A stretch of 56,393 nt of DNA, counting the filler, from Sphacelaria rigidula (taxonomy: Eukaryota): assembly GCA_964200075.2 (NCBI GenBank). It is 7 parts of 7 records of this genome, joined end to end, with 100 filler letters (N's around TTAATTAATTAA, not from the genome) between each part and the next. Parts side by side here need not be neighbours in the genome. Positions count along the whole stretch, not along the records: positions 1 to 7,971 come from CAXNAA020012793.1; positions 8,072 to 16,042 come from CAXNAA020012794.1; 5 more parts are not named here. One strand, given 5' to 3'. Position 1 is the stretch's first letter. Each line of letters begins with the position of its first letter. Position numbers and translations under genes: made by a program. Positions 1 to 12,228 of the stretch are shown here, piece by piece. Under the pieces are notes generated by a model. That model did not search any database and had not been told where the DNA came from. It worked only from the letters and a program-made list of their open reading frames with translations.

Positions 1-249
1 GGCCGCTACATGCGGTCTCAAAAACTATGCTGTCCTTCTTTCAAACCTGGCGGGCGGACGGGGAAGCCGCAATCCACGCTAGCAACGGTTAGGTCACAAC
101 CATAAAAGATATCTTTTTTCACTCCGCATGTCAAGAAGATCTTCACAAGTGTTTGATCTCTCTCACACACATACCCCAACTGGCCTGTGGCGGGCTCTTG
201 TGGTCGGGCGCCTGGATGGTCAGATATGTCATGTCAGGTAAAATCAACG

Positions 250-1420
250 CTGAATGACACCTCCCAAGTTCAAATTGGATCATCTGTTATTTTTGCCGCA
301 GCGCACCGTCCTTGCTGGCATGTGTGTGACAGAGAACAGTAGTAGCGGTGACGGGAGTATCACCCTGTTTTTCAGCGCACAGAGGCGCGTCCTGTCCAAA
401 ACGAGAAGTAGAGAGAAATCGGTCTTCGCATTGGTGAGGTCGACAGGCAACAAGAGACGAAATCTCTCCGCAGGTCGATGTTCTGGCACATGGAAAATTG
501 GGTACATGCTGGTAACATCGATGATGCCAGTCTCTCGAGCGATTGGTAATCGCCCAGCGAGGGCACACAAAGAACACGGGCGAGGAGATAGCTTCCTCTC
601 TGTCGTTGCTTCTCTCTCTGGTGATATCGTCATCGACACGCGTGTACACCGCAGTCGCTCGGTGCATTTAGCCACAAGTGATAATTCACTGCTGCAGAGG
701 GTTTGGGGGAAAGATGGATTCGCTCTGTGTTACTGTTTCGCGTCATCCCTGCGAAAGCGATATGCCACTTGAACCTCTTTTTTTATATCGACCCCATTTT
801 TCGGGATCCGCTGTTATGTACCGAAAGGTGTAGACCGGCGTCCAGAATAGATGGGACGACAACACACTCACTTCACGCAGTACACTTTCAACATCGCGTT
901 CGCATCTGACTGTAGAAATCTTTTGTTCACGGTTGGGTACATTCCCATATATAATGCAGGGTCCGGTACACCTCCACCTATAATGCAACGGAGGGTCCAG
1001 CCCATTTCCATATGTAAATTTATGCAGTCTTACTCAAGTGGTATCATGAAAGAAGTGCTCAACACCTGGGCGAACTGCAGGTAAGCCAATCGCCGAATTA
1101 TTAACCTGCAAACTTTGCTTCAGTGCACTGTAAGGTGATATCGGTAGAAGGACACTAACATAAGCACCTTGCCGGCTGCCAGACTGTCAGGGCGTGGATC
1201 TGCTAGCATTGCTTCTGTCTGTACGGAGGTGTTGCCCTCTTGTCGGGTACGTTTTGGAGCATGATACTAGAAGTAGATCATCCTTGTACATGGACACCAA
1301 ACGCTGAGGGTTCTCACTCAAGACTTTGATTTGGAGGATGATTCTAGGTAAGCAGCAGTAACTGCTGTGTGTCCAGGTGCCCCTTGGGGCAAGATGCGTT
1401 TGGTGTCTGTTTGACACACT
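250..1420 (-). mobile_element. Highly degenerate Ty3/gypsy-like pol (RT) remnant
   Basis: Minus strand gives KRILPQGAPG (~1375-1405) and, in a shifted frame, LVSMYKDDLLLVS (~1263-1300), i.e. xPQG and YxDD-like RT motifs at a plausible spacing. Many stops and frameshifts; boundaries approximate. Confidence 0.45.
815..870 (+). repeat. Fragment of SINE-like family A (3' part)
   Basis: ccgaaaggtgtagaccggcgtccagaatagatgggacgacaacac closely matches the reverse complement of ~44522-44568. Confidence 0.65.
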
Positions 1421-3299
1421 CATCCTAAAAAAAAAATTAATAGGTCTTGGGATGGGAAACCTGGCGAAAAAAATGTCGCAAGAATCGAGTTGAAAAAACC
1501 CGTTGGTCGAATTTTCACCCGCAACAAAAACCAATATCGCATTGTGAAATGGGAATTGGAATTGGAACCCGCAGCAGAAACCAAATTCACTTCGTGAAAT
1601 TGGAGTCCCCCCCCCCCCTCGTTTTCTGTTTTCTTCGTCGACTCTCTCCACTTCAGCCCATCCCGAGTTTTTTCTTCAGGGAGTGATTCGATCTCTTGGC
1701 TGAATTCAACTTGTGACCTCGCGTTTGGATTTGTGAAGGATAAGTCCACCCATTTGTGACAATCGGTCATATGATCAATCCGATCCCCGCCATCAAACGC
1801 CTGTAATGTTTTCCTTGATTTGATTGTCGCACTTCAACTGACCCCGGGATCCAGCCGTGGTCATATCATGGACGATAAAACGAGACTGAAACACTTGCTG
1901 AAGAAAACAAAACAATACAGAAAAGATAGAACATAACAAATGTAGCAAGGAAAAAACTGACGAAAGTCGACATGGTGCGGGAAGGCTGATCGCACATCGA
2001 CAACAAAATGCTAGACGGGTACCGTTGGAGGTGGAGCTCGATCGATCCCCTGATACAACAGACTCGTCACGAGGAGAGGAGGAGTTGGAAGCACTCCAAG
2101 AACAATAGTTTGTGGCCTTTTGACGGTCGCCGTAAACGTCGTGGTCATCATTACGTCTCGCGAACTCGCCCCACTTCCTCACAGACACTCAAAACACACG
2201 CGAAAGCCCCACCACGACAGGTCAATACACTCGTCCATCATACTACGGGAGAGTCAAACGAGCACAAATCTCCCGCCCGAGCAAACACGCCAATCCTCCA
2301 CGTTTAGGTCGTGTCACACTTGTGCGGTGTGCGGTGTGCGATGTGCAGCGAGCACCGGAATATGACCGCGCGATCGTGCAAGTCTTTCCCTATACTGGGA
2401 TATTAGCAGTATTCGAAACGTTGTACGGCATAATCAAACTTGCGAAGGTGACTAGTCGACATGTACCACGGGTTGGCGGGGATGATGAATGAACCCACGT
2501 TGTTTCGAATCCTTCTCCGGGGCCTGCACACACCACATCCATGTACAAAGCTGTAACTAACTATATATGTTGCGGCAAGTCGGCAAACGATGGCAGACAC
2601 GTATAAATATGTACAAATCGACCATCCGTCCCTCGTTCCCTCCCCTCAATCCCCTGCTCAACACCAAAAGTCTAGAATGTTACCCGCACTTGTGTTCGGG
2701 ACAACACGATACTTCGTGGAGTTCTTCATCGGAACCGCTTCACGTCCACATCAATTACCTGGCACAACACGGGGACTGAATGCCTACAGTACACATCACG
2801 CCGCGGGCATACGGGGTTCAAGAAACCACGCTCACTAGTACAACCAGCAGCATACCCAACAGCATGATTAGGTCAGCGATCTCTGTGCTGTGTCAAACTG
2901 ACTGCGCAAAGTTTCGTCACCCCCTATACGCACAAACACAAAGGGTTACTCGTAAATGGGCAAAACATGTCATACAAGAATGAGAGCCGTGCGTACATGA
3001 AGACACGCCCCCCATAACATGTGCCCGGGCGATTCACATCTCATCGGAACGACAAAGCGGGACAACGACACAAAGACTAAACGAAAAATGGCTGAAACTA
3101 CAGGAAAAATGTACAAAAACGTGCATTTCACACGACACGGAGATGCCTGAGTTCTATATACGCGCGCGGCATCTTATACATTGATGGACACAAGAATGGA
3201 CATGTTTACCTCACTCCACGGAAACACGTAATTCTCCACACATCCCGTGTTCCTTTTCAGGAATCTACCGTGCACCCCCCACCTGTACAAAATACCACA

Positions 3300-6200
3300 T
3301 TACGCGGAAGATACTACACGTGCAGCAGCAGCGGCGGCAGCAGCGGCGGCTGCGGCAGCGTCACTCGAAACAGAGCGACCGACGATTGTCTGGCAACGCA
3401 CGCACCCACATTCCCACCCACACACCCCAGTCTCATGACCGCTAGATTGGTGGATCCTCTCAGGCGTGATCTCAAATGAGGACACTCCACTGCGGGCGGC
3501 GGCTAGCGCCGACGGCAGGGGGGCATGAAAATCCTCCCAGCCAGCGCCACCGGGGGCATCCGCCATGTCCGCCAAGCTATCCCGCAACTGCGTCGCCGCT
3601 CGTCGTCCGCCCTCGAAGAATACTTCCATCGTTTCAGCAGCGCGCCGACTGCCCCACCTGCCGCCCTCCAGCAAACCTTCCAGCGCGTGTGAGACGCGGT
3701 CTGCCCATCGCTCTCTCTCTCCGTCTGTGGCACCGCCGGCACCTCCGGCGGTCCTAGCGCCACTCCCGTATCCGTCACCTACTGATGGAAACCTGAACCC
3801 ACTTGCGGCGACCGACATCAAGCTGGCGAGACGCTTGGCCGCCGACTCTGCTCGAGCTCTTGCCTCGCGGGACATGGCTGCTGTCCGGTTGTTCTCGTTC
3901 TCTCCGGCGATAGTCACGGTGGGGAACCTCAGCTGACTCGCCGCCAGCGATAGCATACTGGCTAGTCTCTTCGAGGCCGATTCTGCGCCAAACACGCCAT
4001 CCCCTGCACCATCTCCCTGGGCGTCACCGGAACTTCGCCTGTTTTCCGCAGCTTCCGCGACTGTGGTGAACCGCAAACCACTCGCCGCAAGAGACAGCAA
4101 GCTAGCCATCCTCCTGGCTGCAGACTCCGCCCCGCCCTCCGGCAAGCTCATGCCTTCCGTCCCTCCCTGCTCCGCCGTGCGTCCACCCTCTGGTCCACGC
4201 TTGCCCCCGTCGCCGCCGCCGCCGCCGCCGCTGCCATGTTTGGCGAACCACGTCACCGGATCAGGCCACCCCCATGACTCTCGAAAACCGGATGCCTCGG
4301 CGCCCGCCGCCGCAGCCGCAGCCATCGCCAGTAGTCCGACCAAAGCAGGTGTGGCGGCAGCGGAGGTCGCCGCCGAGACCGTCAGGGCGGTGGCGGCCGC
4401 CGCCGCCGCCAGCGGTCCCGCGGCGACGCCCCCCCGACGACTGCGCGCAAGGTCTATCACGAGAACGTCTTCGTCAGTACCGTAGCTTCGACGAGCTCTG
4501 TCGAGCGCCTCCGGGGTGAGACAGATGCCTATGTGGTGAGCATCCGGCCGTGGGCCGTCTGCTGGTGGGCCGCTGGTCACGCCACCTTCGGTATTGCGTG
4601 TTTCGATGGTGGCAGCGGTGGCCGCGGCGCCGAGAGCCTCCGCCGACACGGCGATCGGCGGGGAGGAAGGCAGGGCAGGGTCTCGGGCGATGAACACACC
4701 GTCGGCTTCGCTCCACCCCACCAGAAGGATGTAATGTCCGCAGTATGCCGAAGATGCGGGAGAAGGGGGAGAAGATGGGGTAGAGAGAGGACCGACGTCC
4801 GAACCAGGGCTACTAGCAACGCCGGGGGTTCGCGGGATGCCTGCGGAAGTGGTGGCAGTAGTGGTGCATATCGGAGCGCAAAGGGCCGGCGCCGACGAAA
4901 CTTTTGGCAGCGTCGCCGACGATCGCGACGGCGATGCGACAGACACCACCAAAGCCTTCTTAGTCGGTCGTGGCGATGAACACAACTCCGGCAAAACGCC
5001 CTGAGCGGGCGACGTCGGCGTATTCATTTCTTCAAGCCCGGACGAAGACGACGAAGACGCGTACGACGACCACTCGTTCCATTCCGACTGAACTTCCACC
5101 TCCGCGGACCTAGCATCGTCTACCGGTCTTGCTCGCAGCCGCTTACGGCCACTCCTTGGCGGCCGCGGGCATCTAGGTAGGGATACACCACTATCCCCAA
5201 TATCAGGCACCACCGAATCCCCAGTACCGCGGACGGAAACTATCGGGCCGGAAGACCACGCTCGCCCCAAACCCCTCTTTTTCTCCGAGACGATCGTCGC
5301 CGTCGCCGGCGCCGACATTTCCTCCGTCTCCCACTGTGCCCAATTACGCATAGCCTGCGTCGATAACCGCTCTCCCCGCCGTCTCCTCCGCCGCGATCCG
5401 GCGGCAGCTCTGGCAATCTCACCCGCCCCTGATGCTTCGCCGTTACCTTGCCTTCCCCTGGCACCAACGGCAGCATCACTCGCGCCATCGAGGGAGACAC
5501 AACTCGACTCAGACCTCGCGTTACCGCGTTCCCGAGCCGCCGCCGCTGGTGGCGCAGCACCCTGGTACCCCGACAACGGGTCGCTCGACAACGGGGCGGC
5601 CCTAGGCGTGTCAGCCCGGCTAGCAGCGGCTTCATCATCACGTGCCGCTGTCAACACCGGCGTTGGCGAAGGTGACGTTGTGGGGGGCTGGGATGGCCCC
5701 GGGGCTGAGTAGGCAGGGTAGAGGTATCTGGAGTCGACGAGGACAATTGCGGCGTACTCATACCCAGAGAGGAGCACGGCCAGCTCCCGCCACTTGAATG
5801 CCTTCTGGACTGCCCCCACCTTGGCGTCTTCTGCCGCCTGCGAGATAATCATTGCCACACACCGATGTGAGCGTGTGTTTCTGGGTATACCACGAAACTA
5901 CGATACATGTTTTGTTAACGTGCGTTAAACGCCATACCAAAACGATGAATGTAGTACGTGTGACATGCCTGACTCGTGTATGGAAGATGGTACGGTGGCG
6001 TGGCGTCTCATGGGACATGGGGCACGCCCAACCTTCCCTGGGAAGATCACCAGGGTACCTTGAAAGTGTCGGTGCAATGTTTTTCCCCAACTTCCAACAA
6101 GATCTAAGACAGGGTCGCCGGTGCGACTCGTATTTCGAATCTTGGACGCACGACTTCGAAAGGGTTGACACGCCATTGCAGTATTTATTTAGCCTGTCCT

Positions 6201-7576
6201 TTGGACGCAAGCCTGGTGCCGTTGTGCGAGCCCTTCGCCGAAACAAGCACCCGACGCTGAGAGTAGGACGATGTAAAGTCACGTTTTCTGACTCAAAAGG
6301 ACGATGAACCTCGAGGATAACTCTATTCTAGTACCGAGGAAAACCCCAACACAAACAAGGAACCTTGCTGAAGTTCACCTTGAAGAGCGCCTGCACTCTT
6401 CGAGTGTCGCGGTCAAAATCTGACCGGTAAAAATCCACCGTAGAGTAAGCGCCTTTTACACCGACGGTTCGGGTGCAGTACATGAATCTGTCCACCCGAT
6501 AGAGGGAAAAAAAAACATCGAAGCAAGAAACGTTTCAGCACGTTAAATTTGGACACGTAATGAGTTGTACTCCAAGTCAACATTTACTTTGGTGTACTCA
6601 GCCTTCATGCGTTATACTGCTACTTGTGGCGTGCTAAAGCACTCATTCGTTTATTCTCGCTCCATAACGAAAAATGTAAAGATGGCTTTCAAGATGGTTG
6701 AGGTACCCTGGCTTGGCAGGACAAGGGAAACATGTGAGAGGAGTTAACTACGCTTCCGGAGGCTGCGGCTCTACTATATTCACAACGCTTCAGGAAAGGC
6801 GAACCCGTCGACGGAAAACCTGTACCAACTTGGGGCTAGCCACGCGTACGGTACCCTGGACCCATGAAAGGATCAACGATTTCCCCTATGGTTGACGCAT
6901 GCCCTTGGTGATGAGGGGGTGTTCACACCCACCCCTGTACGACGATTCGTTCCTCAGCCATGAGTGTTCTCGATCACCTACGGCGGCCGAACCCCGTCAA
7001 AATTTCGCGTCGTTGCGACTTCCTCCTCAAAATGACAAACTCACCACGGGGGTGTTAAATTGCTTCACCGGTACAAGCAGTCTACATGAGGAATCTTCTG
7101 ACTGCACCGACCTCATCTACATATCACCAAAACGACCCCCTCCCCCAATTCTCTCATCAAGAACTCGCCTGACACCGTATCGGTGCAGCAGCATCGCGAG
7201 GTCAATAGTCCACACGCTGCGTGTGCCGAGCGCGGCTAGCAAATTGGCTCGTTCGGCATCCCTTCCCAGGCCTTGCAAGACCATCTGCACGCAAGCCACG
7301 CCGCAATCCCAGCGGCAGCACTGGCTCACGTGTGGCGCCTTCGACAACAAAAAGAGAAGCATGATTTGGGGAGGGGGGGGGAGGCTGGATTGTGTGAGGG
7401 ATGACATTTTCATAGGGGGGCATGATAGGGGGCGGGATCGACTGTGTGGTTTGTTTCATAGCGATTCGTTTGGTACTGGAAGAGGGCCGGGCGGGTGTAT
7501 GCAACATAAGTTGCTCACGATGCAATTGTTGACCACTTGTGGGTGTGCTGCACGGCACCTGCCTGACAGAAATCAT
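3300..7576 (-). CDS. GUCD1: GUCD1-like protein (Guanylate_cyc_2 family, C39-peptidase-like fold), multi-exon, with long insertion and C-terminal extension
   Basis: Phase-consistent exons: 7576-7559 (MISVRQ, tentative start), 7338-7169 (APHVSQCCRWDCGVACVQMVL...SVWTIDLAMLLHRYGV), 6487-6379 (FMYCTRTVGVKGAYSTVDFYRSDFDRDTRRVQALFK), 5837-3300 (AAIVLVD...YCGHYILLVGW...RDP...LDRARRSYGTDEDVLVI). WDCG, WTIDLA, GHY, DP and ARxSxGTDED are motifs I recognise from GUCD1. The start and the extreme 3' end are uncertain. Confidence 0.85.
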
Positions 7577-7971
7577 CGTGTCTCTATCAATTTCGAACCG
7601 ATTTTTCCCGAGCCGAAGCACCGCACTCAGAAGATCGACAGCTACGGCTCGAGTCGTTCACTGTCTATCCTGGAAAAGTGAGATCGATGGTCGATGTGAG
7701 CTTGTGTCTCCAGTCCGGGCTGTGTGACAGGGGTGTACTACAGCACGGGTAAGGGTAATTGCACGGCTGACTCATGTTGCCCTTCATGGCGAACAGGCCA
7801 GAATAGTCTTGGCGAACTGTGGGTCCCAGGTTTGCAAACTCAACACGCCTTAGGGCCTGTCTTAACGAAGGGGATAATCCCTTTTTTCAAAATCCCCTTC
7901 TTGAAAAACGACCGCTGATTGGTCGCTGCGATACCACCCCCCCCCAAAAAAATCCCCTCAATGTGCACAGA

Positions 7972-8071
7972 NNNNNNNNNNNNNNNNNNNNNNNNNNNNN
8001 NNNNNNNNNNNNNNNTTAATTAATTAANNNNNNNNNNNNNNNNNNNNNNNNNNNNNNNNNNNNNNNNNNNN
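7972..8071. other. Assembly linker (N-run + TTAATTAATTAA + N-run, 100 nt)
   Basis: The same 100-nt spacer recurs at 16043-16142, 24114-24213, 32184-32283, 40254-40353 and 48324-48423. TTAATTAATTAA puts stops in all six frames. Confidence 0.97.
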
Positions 8072-8508
8072 TATGAGCCTCCTTTTTCGTGCAACCAAAT
8101 ACCCCCCCCCCTGTCGTAGGATGACTCTGCAGGTTACTCGAATGCTAAGTGCGACCACTCACGCTATTGTAAGAAGCATGGGCTAGTGCAGTTGCAGAAT
8201 TTGACCTGTGTTTTGCGTGGATTGACCATCAGGAGCTACAGTGTGGTGAACGCATAGTTCATGCATCCTTGTTTTTTCGTCTTGGTATGAAAAGAAAGAT
8301 ACCGATGTATTTGGTTCTTGGCTGATCCCATAGTCGTTGAAACCAGTGACGAGTTTCGGGATTTACGGTGGATTTACGATTGCTGGTGAAATCCTTTTCT
8401 TGATAGGATACACCTATTGAATGCGCCGTGAGCGGAAGAGTTCTTTTTGGTGGATAGCTCTGTTCACTGAGTACGGTCCTTGAGCCTTACCTTTGGTACC
8501 CAGTCAAT

Positions 8509-8860
8509 GGGGGAGTGTCCGTAGGATGGCCTGGGGTAGTCAGTAAGATACACATTGTCAGGATAAGGTACAACAGTCTAGTGATATACCTGTTTGAGTT
8601 CCGGGTACTACGCGGGATGACTTTATATTGTGATGTTAATGACTAGGCATACGTGAGTGGTGCTTGTCGCATCTTGATACCTTGGCCCCTACTGGGTCCA
8701 TTCCCCTTCCTTCCCTCTTCAACAAAGCTTTACATACATTTCTACCTCATCTTGATCGGCAGTCAGCCGTGTCCATTGATCGACTATCGCAGTCGTGTCC
8801 ATTGATCGACTATCTGAGTCGAGTCTGCACCCCATCCTCTCACGAGGGTCACGAAGCTAC
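8509..8860 (+). mobile_element. Possible polypurine tract plus LTR of an LTR retrotransposon
   Basis: GGGGGAG is directly followed by TGTCCG, and the non-coding stretch ends ...gaagctaca (TG...CA-like). It lies in a TE-rich contig. No second LTR was found. Confidence 0.3.
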
Positions 8861-10207
8861 AAACAAGCGATGTGCCTGAAAATGGAGTGAGGCGAAAGCG
8901 TGACGCAGCGAGGATAATACTACAGGAATATACCTCGTAGACCCCTGTGTGGCGGTTGTGTTACGGCAGTGGTTCACCGTAGACATGTCATTAAATGCCA
9001 GGGGAAACGACACCGTCCACTTGACTTGCAACAATTTTACACAAGACGGAACTGTCAAACTGCTGCGTGTGTTGCGGAAATGCGATGTTGGCGGTTGCGG
9101 ACGCGCGATGATGGTGGAAATAAACCAAGTAAGTGAGCCCTGCATCGCTTTACCCCTTTACAATGATTGTTTTGGTCTCTTCTCACGCTGCCCTGGTCGT
9201 TGTCGTACACATTTATGCTTCTACCTTGCTTGTGTATGCGTGAAACGTGTGTGCAGTACATACCTATCCGCACGAGCGAGACCTTGGTAAGGGAGATCTG
9301 GGACACCACCTCTGATTCGGACATGTCGGATCTCCTGCGATGGGTCATGATGACGCTCCGCATCCGTGGTCAGAGGGTAAGAAGTAGATGTATGTATCGT
9401 ACACGAATCACCATATCATCGCCAAGCTTTAATTGAATATTGAGCCAATAATCACGTTTTGGCCAACTCCGCGTGTAACAGTATTTTCGTGAGATTGAGA
9501 GTAGATGATACAATCGAGAGGGAGAAGCGGTCAATTAGTAAATGACTTATTTCAGTTCCGAAATGCCCCTCCACGAGGGCCAAGATGCTTTCCATAGTAG
9601 CTTGCCACTGAGACCCTTGATATCCCCGAGTAGGATATCTACGTGTAGGGGTAAGCACACGCCAGTGATGGAGGCCAAGAACAGCACACACGGAATGAAA
9701 GATTGGCTAAGTTACAGCAAATGATCAAAGCTACTCCCAATCAGCACTCTACTCTCGATATAGAAAAACGTTGTTATGTATGGATGCAGCCCGATTTCAC
9801 AAGAGCTATGCAATCATATACATACCTTAGAAGCAAATCCCGTCCTCGTGTCGATCCACATTCGTTTTTCCTCAACGTTGGACGGTTTGACTCCCCAATG
9901 TCGAATATTCACTGATCCTCTACGCATACACCTGTTTTCACGTGATGAATACAAATACGCACTCAGGATCAGAAAGAATCACTCGATGAACAAAGCTCGA
10001 ACCTCGATGATGCGAGAGGATAATAAGAGAGGAAAATGGAAGGAGTAATACTGGAAAACGCAGAGGAAACAAGAAAGCCTTCCAACAAAGGTTTAATATG
10101 AGCCCGGCAGCATAGTTATGCGTGGCTTGCGATGGAAAGGTCGTTGACCATGGCTGTGACTTTGCTATGGGAGTTCCACACAACTTAGCTAGGTCTGTTT
10201 CCACGCT

Positions 10208-10515
10208 GGTTTAGACAGGAGCGAGGCACGAGCAGAAGTTCAGCTCATGACAAAAGGGGCAAGAGGAGCAAAACAACGAGAAAGAGAGTTGAGTTTCATC
10301 GAACTACAGCAGGTTCTCCTCAAGTGTTATACTTCGGAACGAAATCTGGATGGTAGTCAATCCCCGAACGAAAGCGCCACCACGAGGGCCAGTCGATCTC
10401 AGTCCAACGCGTAGGGAGTCTTGCCGTGTTGCCCTCCTTGCCCCTGCCTGTTGCACATGCTGCTACGAGAATCCATTGAAATTTGTCCCTCACCGAGTGG
10501 GCGGAGCATGTAACA
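10208..10515 (+). mobile_element. Possible solo LTR
   Basis: About 310 nt of non-coding sequence ending ...gagcatgtaaca, an LTR-like terminus. No matching TSD was seen. Confidence 0.3.
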
Positions 10516-11741
10516 GGTGTATTGGATCCATGAGGTCTGTTTGCCAGGAGCGAATTCGGCCTGTTGTTTTTAACCTCCTCCCTCTACGAATGATGTCCTG
10601 AATGATAAAGTGAACCCGTCTACATCTTCAGATGCCCCAGCGCTCCCTTTCAAGTGGGCAGAAGAAAAATGAACGATTACCAGGGTTCTCCTTCCGGATA
10701 TATTTGGGTGTTATACCCTGAGTCATTTGAAAAATAGTGGCAACCGCCTTAATCCCTTCCCACGCCAAATACGGCACCTAAACTTGTCAGTCCCGGTTCC
10801 TGAAAGCGTGAATCTGGGCGATGCCGGAACGTGCGCAGCAGCTGGGGCTAATGGTCTATCGCGTCGTCGATAATATCACCCAAATCGAGGTGGCGCGCGA
10901 TCTCCCCGAAATTATTCCCGGTAGGTTGCCTGGGCACAGTCGCTACTACTAGGGTTGGTAGACCCCGATGATGCTACATAATTGAATATCGGGGAGAAGG
11001 AGGGGGAGGGGAGGAGCGTTTTATACGATTCTCTCTTCCGGCCCGACATGCACAGTTATGTGGACAAGTGCATGAAATGTGCACCATGGTTGGTATGCTC
11101 TTTTTGTTCCGATACACAGTTTCCGCGGTGGAGAGAGGGACGCGAGGGTTCATACCTAAGGTTGTATGATGTGGCGGTGTTTTGTCCAACGGGAGCGTAT
11201 GTTTCTCAAGAACCCCCAAGCCATAAACAAGTGCAGTCCCGGCCGTATTGCATAATACGTCGTGCACTTACGTGAATATATAGTTGGTACAACCACTAAG
11301 ATTTACAGAGGATCGGTTTTGGGGGTTAGTCCATGTTCCTACGCATCAAAATATTGCCGGTCTGAGTTTCAGTAAATATGGACGTGGCCTAATTCGGGTA
11401 CATCACCGGGCAAGTCGACGGTACATATATCGTGTCATGGCTAGAGGTGACGCATAGGAGGCGATATGTTTTGTACGCCCCTACAGCAGGACTTGATGTT
11501 GTATTTCTGCATTTCTGCATATTCTGGTTTGGAGACAACTCGTGAAGCTTGAACGCTTGTTATTGAGTGAGTAAGGTGTATAAGACGTTGATACAAAAAG
11601 AGTTATTATACACCCCCCCTCTGTCTAGCGCACCTCCTTTGAGAGGCTTGTATTACGCTAGCGACACAAAGAGCTTCGTAGCTCACGTTTCAGTAACACT
11701 GATTTTAATCAGTAAGCAGAGGGGAGCTTGAGAGAGATGCA

Positions 11742-11910
11742 TGCGTTGAGCGTGTAGTGCAGTCGAGCACATTAGAAAAAGAATTGAGCAGATTCACGCG
11801 TTGAGCGTTCCAGTGCAGTCAAGCACATAAGAAGGACCATTTAAGCAGAACTTGCGCGTTGAGCGTTTTAGTGCGGTCAGGCAAGCACATCGCAAGACAG
11901 CTTTGCAGAA
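11742..11910 (+). repeat. Tandem repeat, ~57-nt unit x3
   Basis: gcgttgagcgt...agtgc.gtc...agcacat...gcaga repeated three times. Confidence 0.8.
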
Positions 11911-11931
11911 TAGACACCGTACGATTAGAGA

Positions 11932-12228
11932 ATCATGGGTGGCCACTGGGGTCTGTAATCTGGCCATTTTGGGACCTTATCCACCTTTGGTAAGGTCCGC
12001 AGATTGGGTAGACAACTGAAGAGCATTCGCACAGCATGGACAGGATCGAAACAAAACATGTCCCAGTCTGTAGGCGGGTGACTCCCCTGTAGACTGGAAC
12101 ATGCTTTGTTTCGAACCTGTCCATGCTGTGCGAATGCTCTTCAGTTGTCCACCCAATCCGCAGACCTTACCAAAGGTAGATAAGGTCCCAAAATGGCCAG
12201 GTTACAGACCCGAGTGGCCACCCGTGAT
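11932..12228. repeat. 297-nt near-perfect inverted repeat (long hairpin)
   Basis: The arm atcatgggtggccac...cagtctgtagg pairs with cctgtagactgg...gtggccacccgtgat. Arms are ~140 nt with about 11 substitutions, mostly transitions, and a short loop near 12074-12085. Confidence 0.92.

Noticed and set aside
7640..7670. In-frame TGA upstream of the GUCD1 start as selenocysteine
   Set aside because: More simply 5' UTR; no SECIS was identified and the position lies outside the conserved domain.
6899..7681. 260-aa plus-strand ORF and other antisense ORFs over GUCD1
   Set aside because: Shadow frames of GC-rich minus-strand exons with no recognisable motifs.
8016..8027. Regularly spaced TTAATTAATTAA as a biological motif
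   Set aside because: Always centred in N-runs; an assembly spacer.
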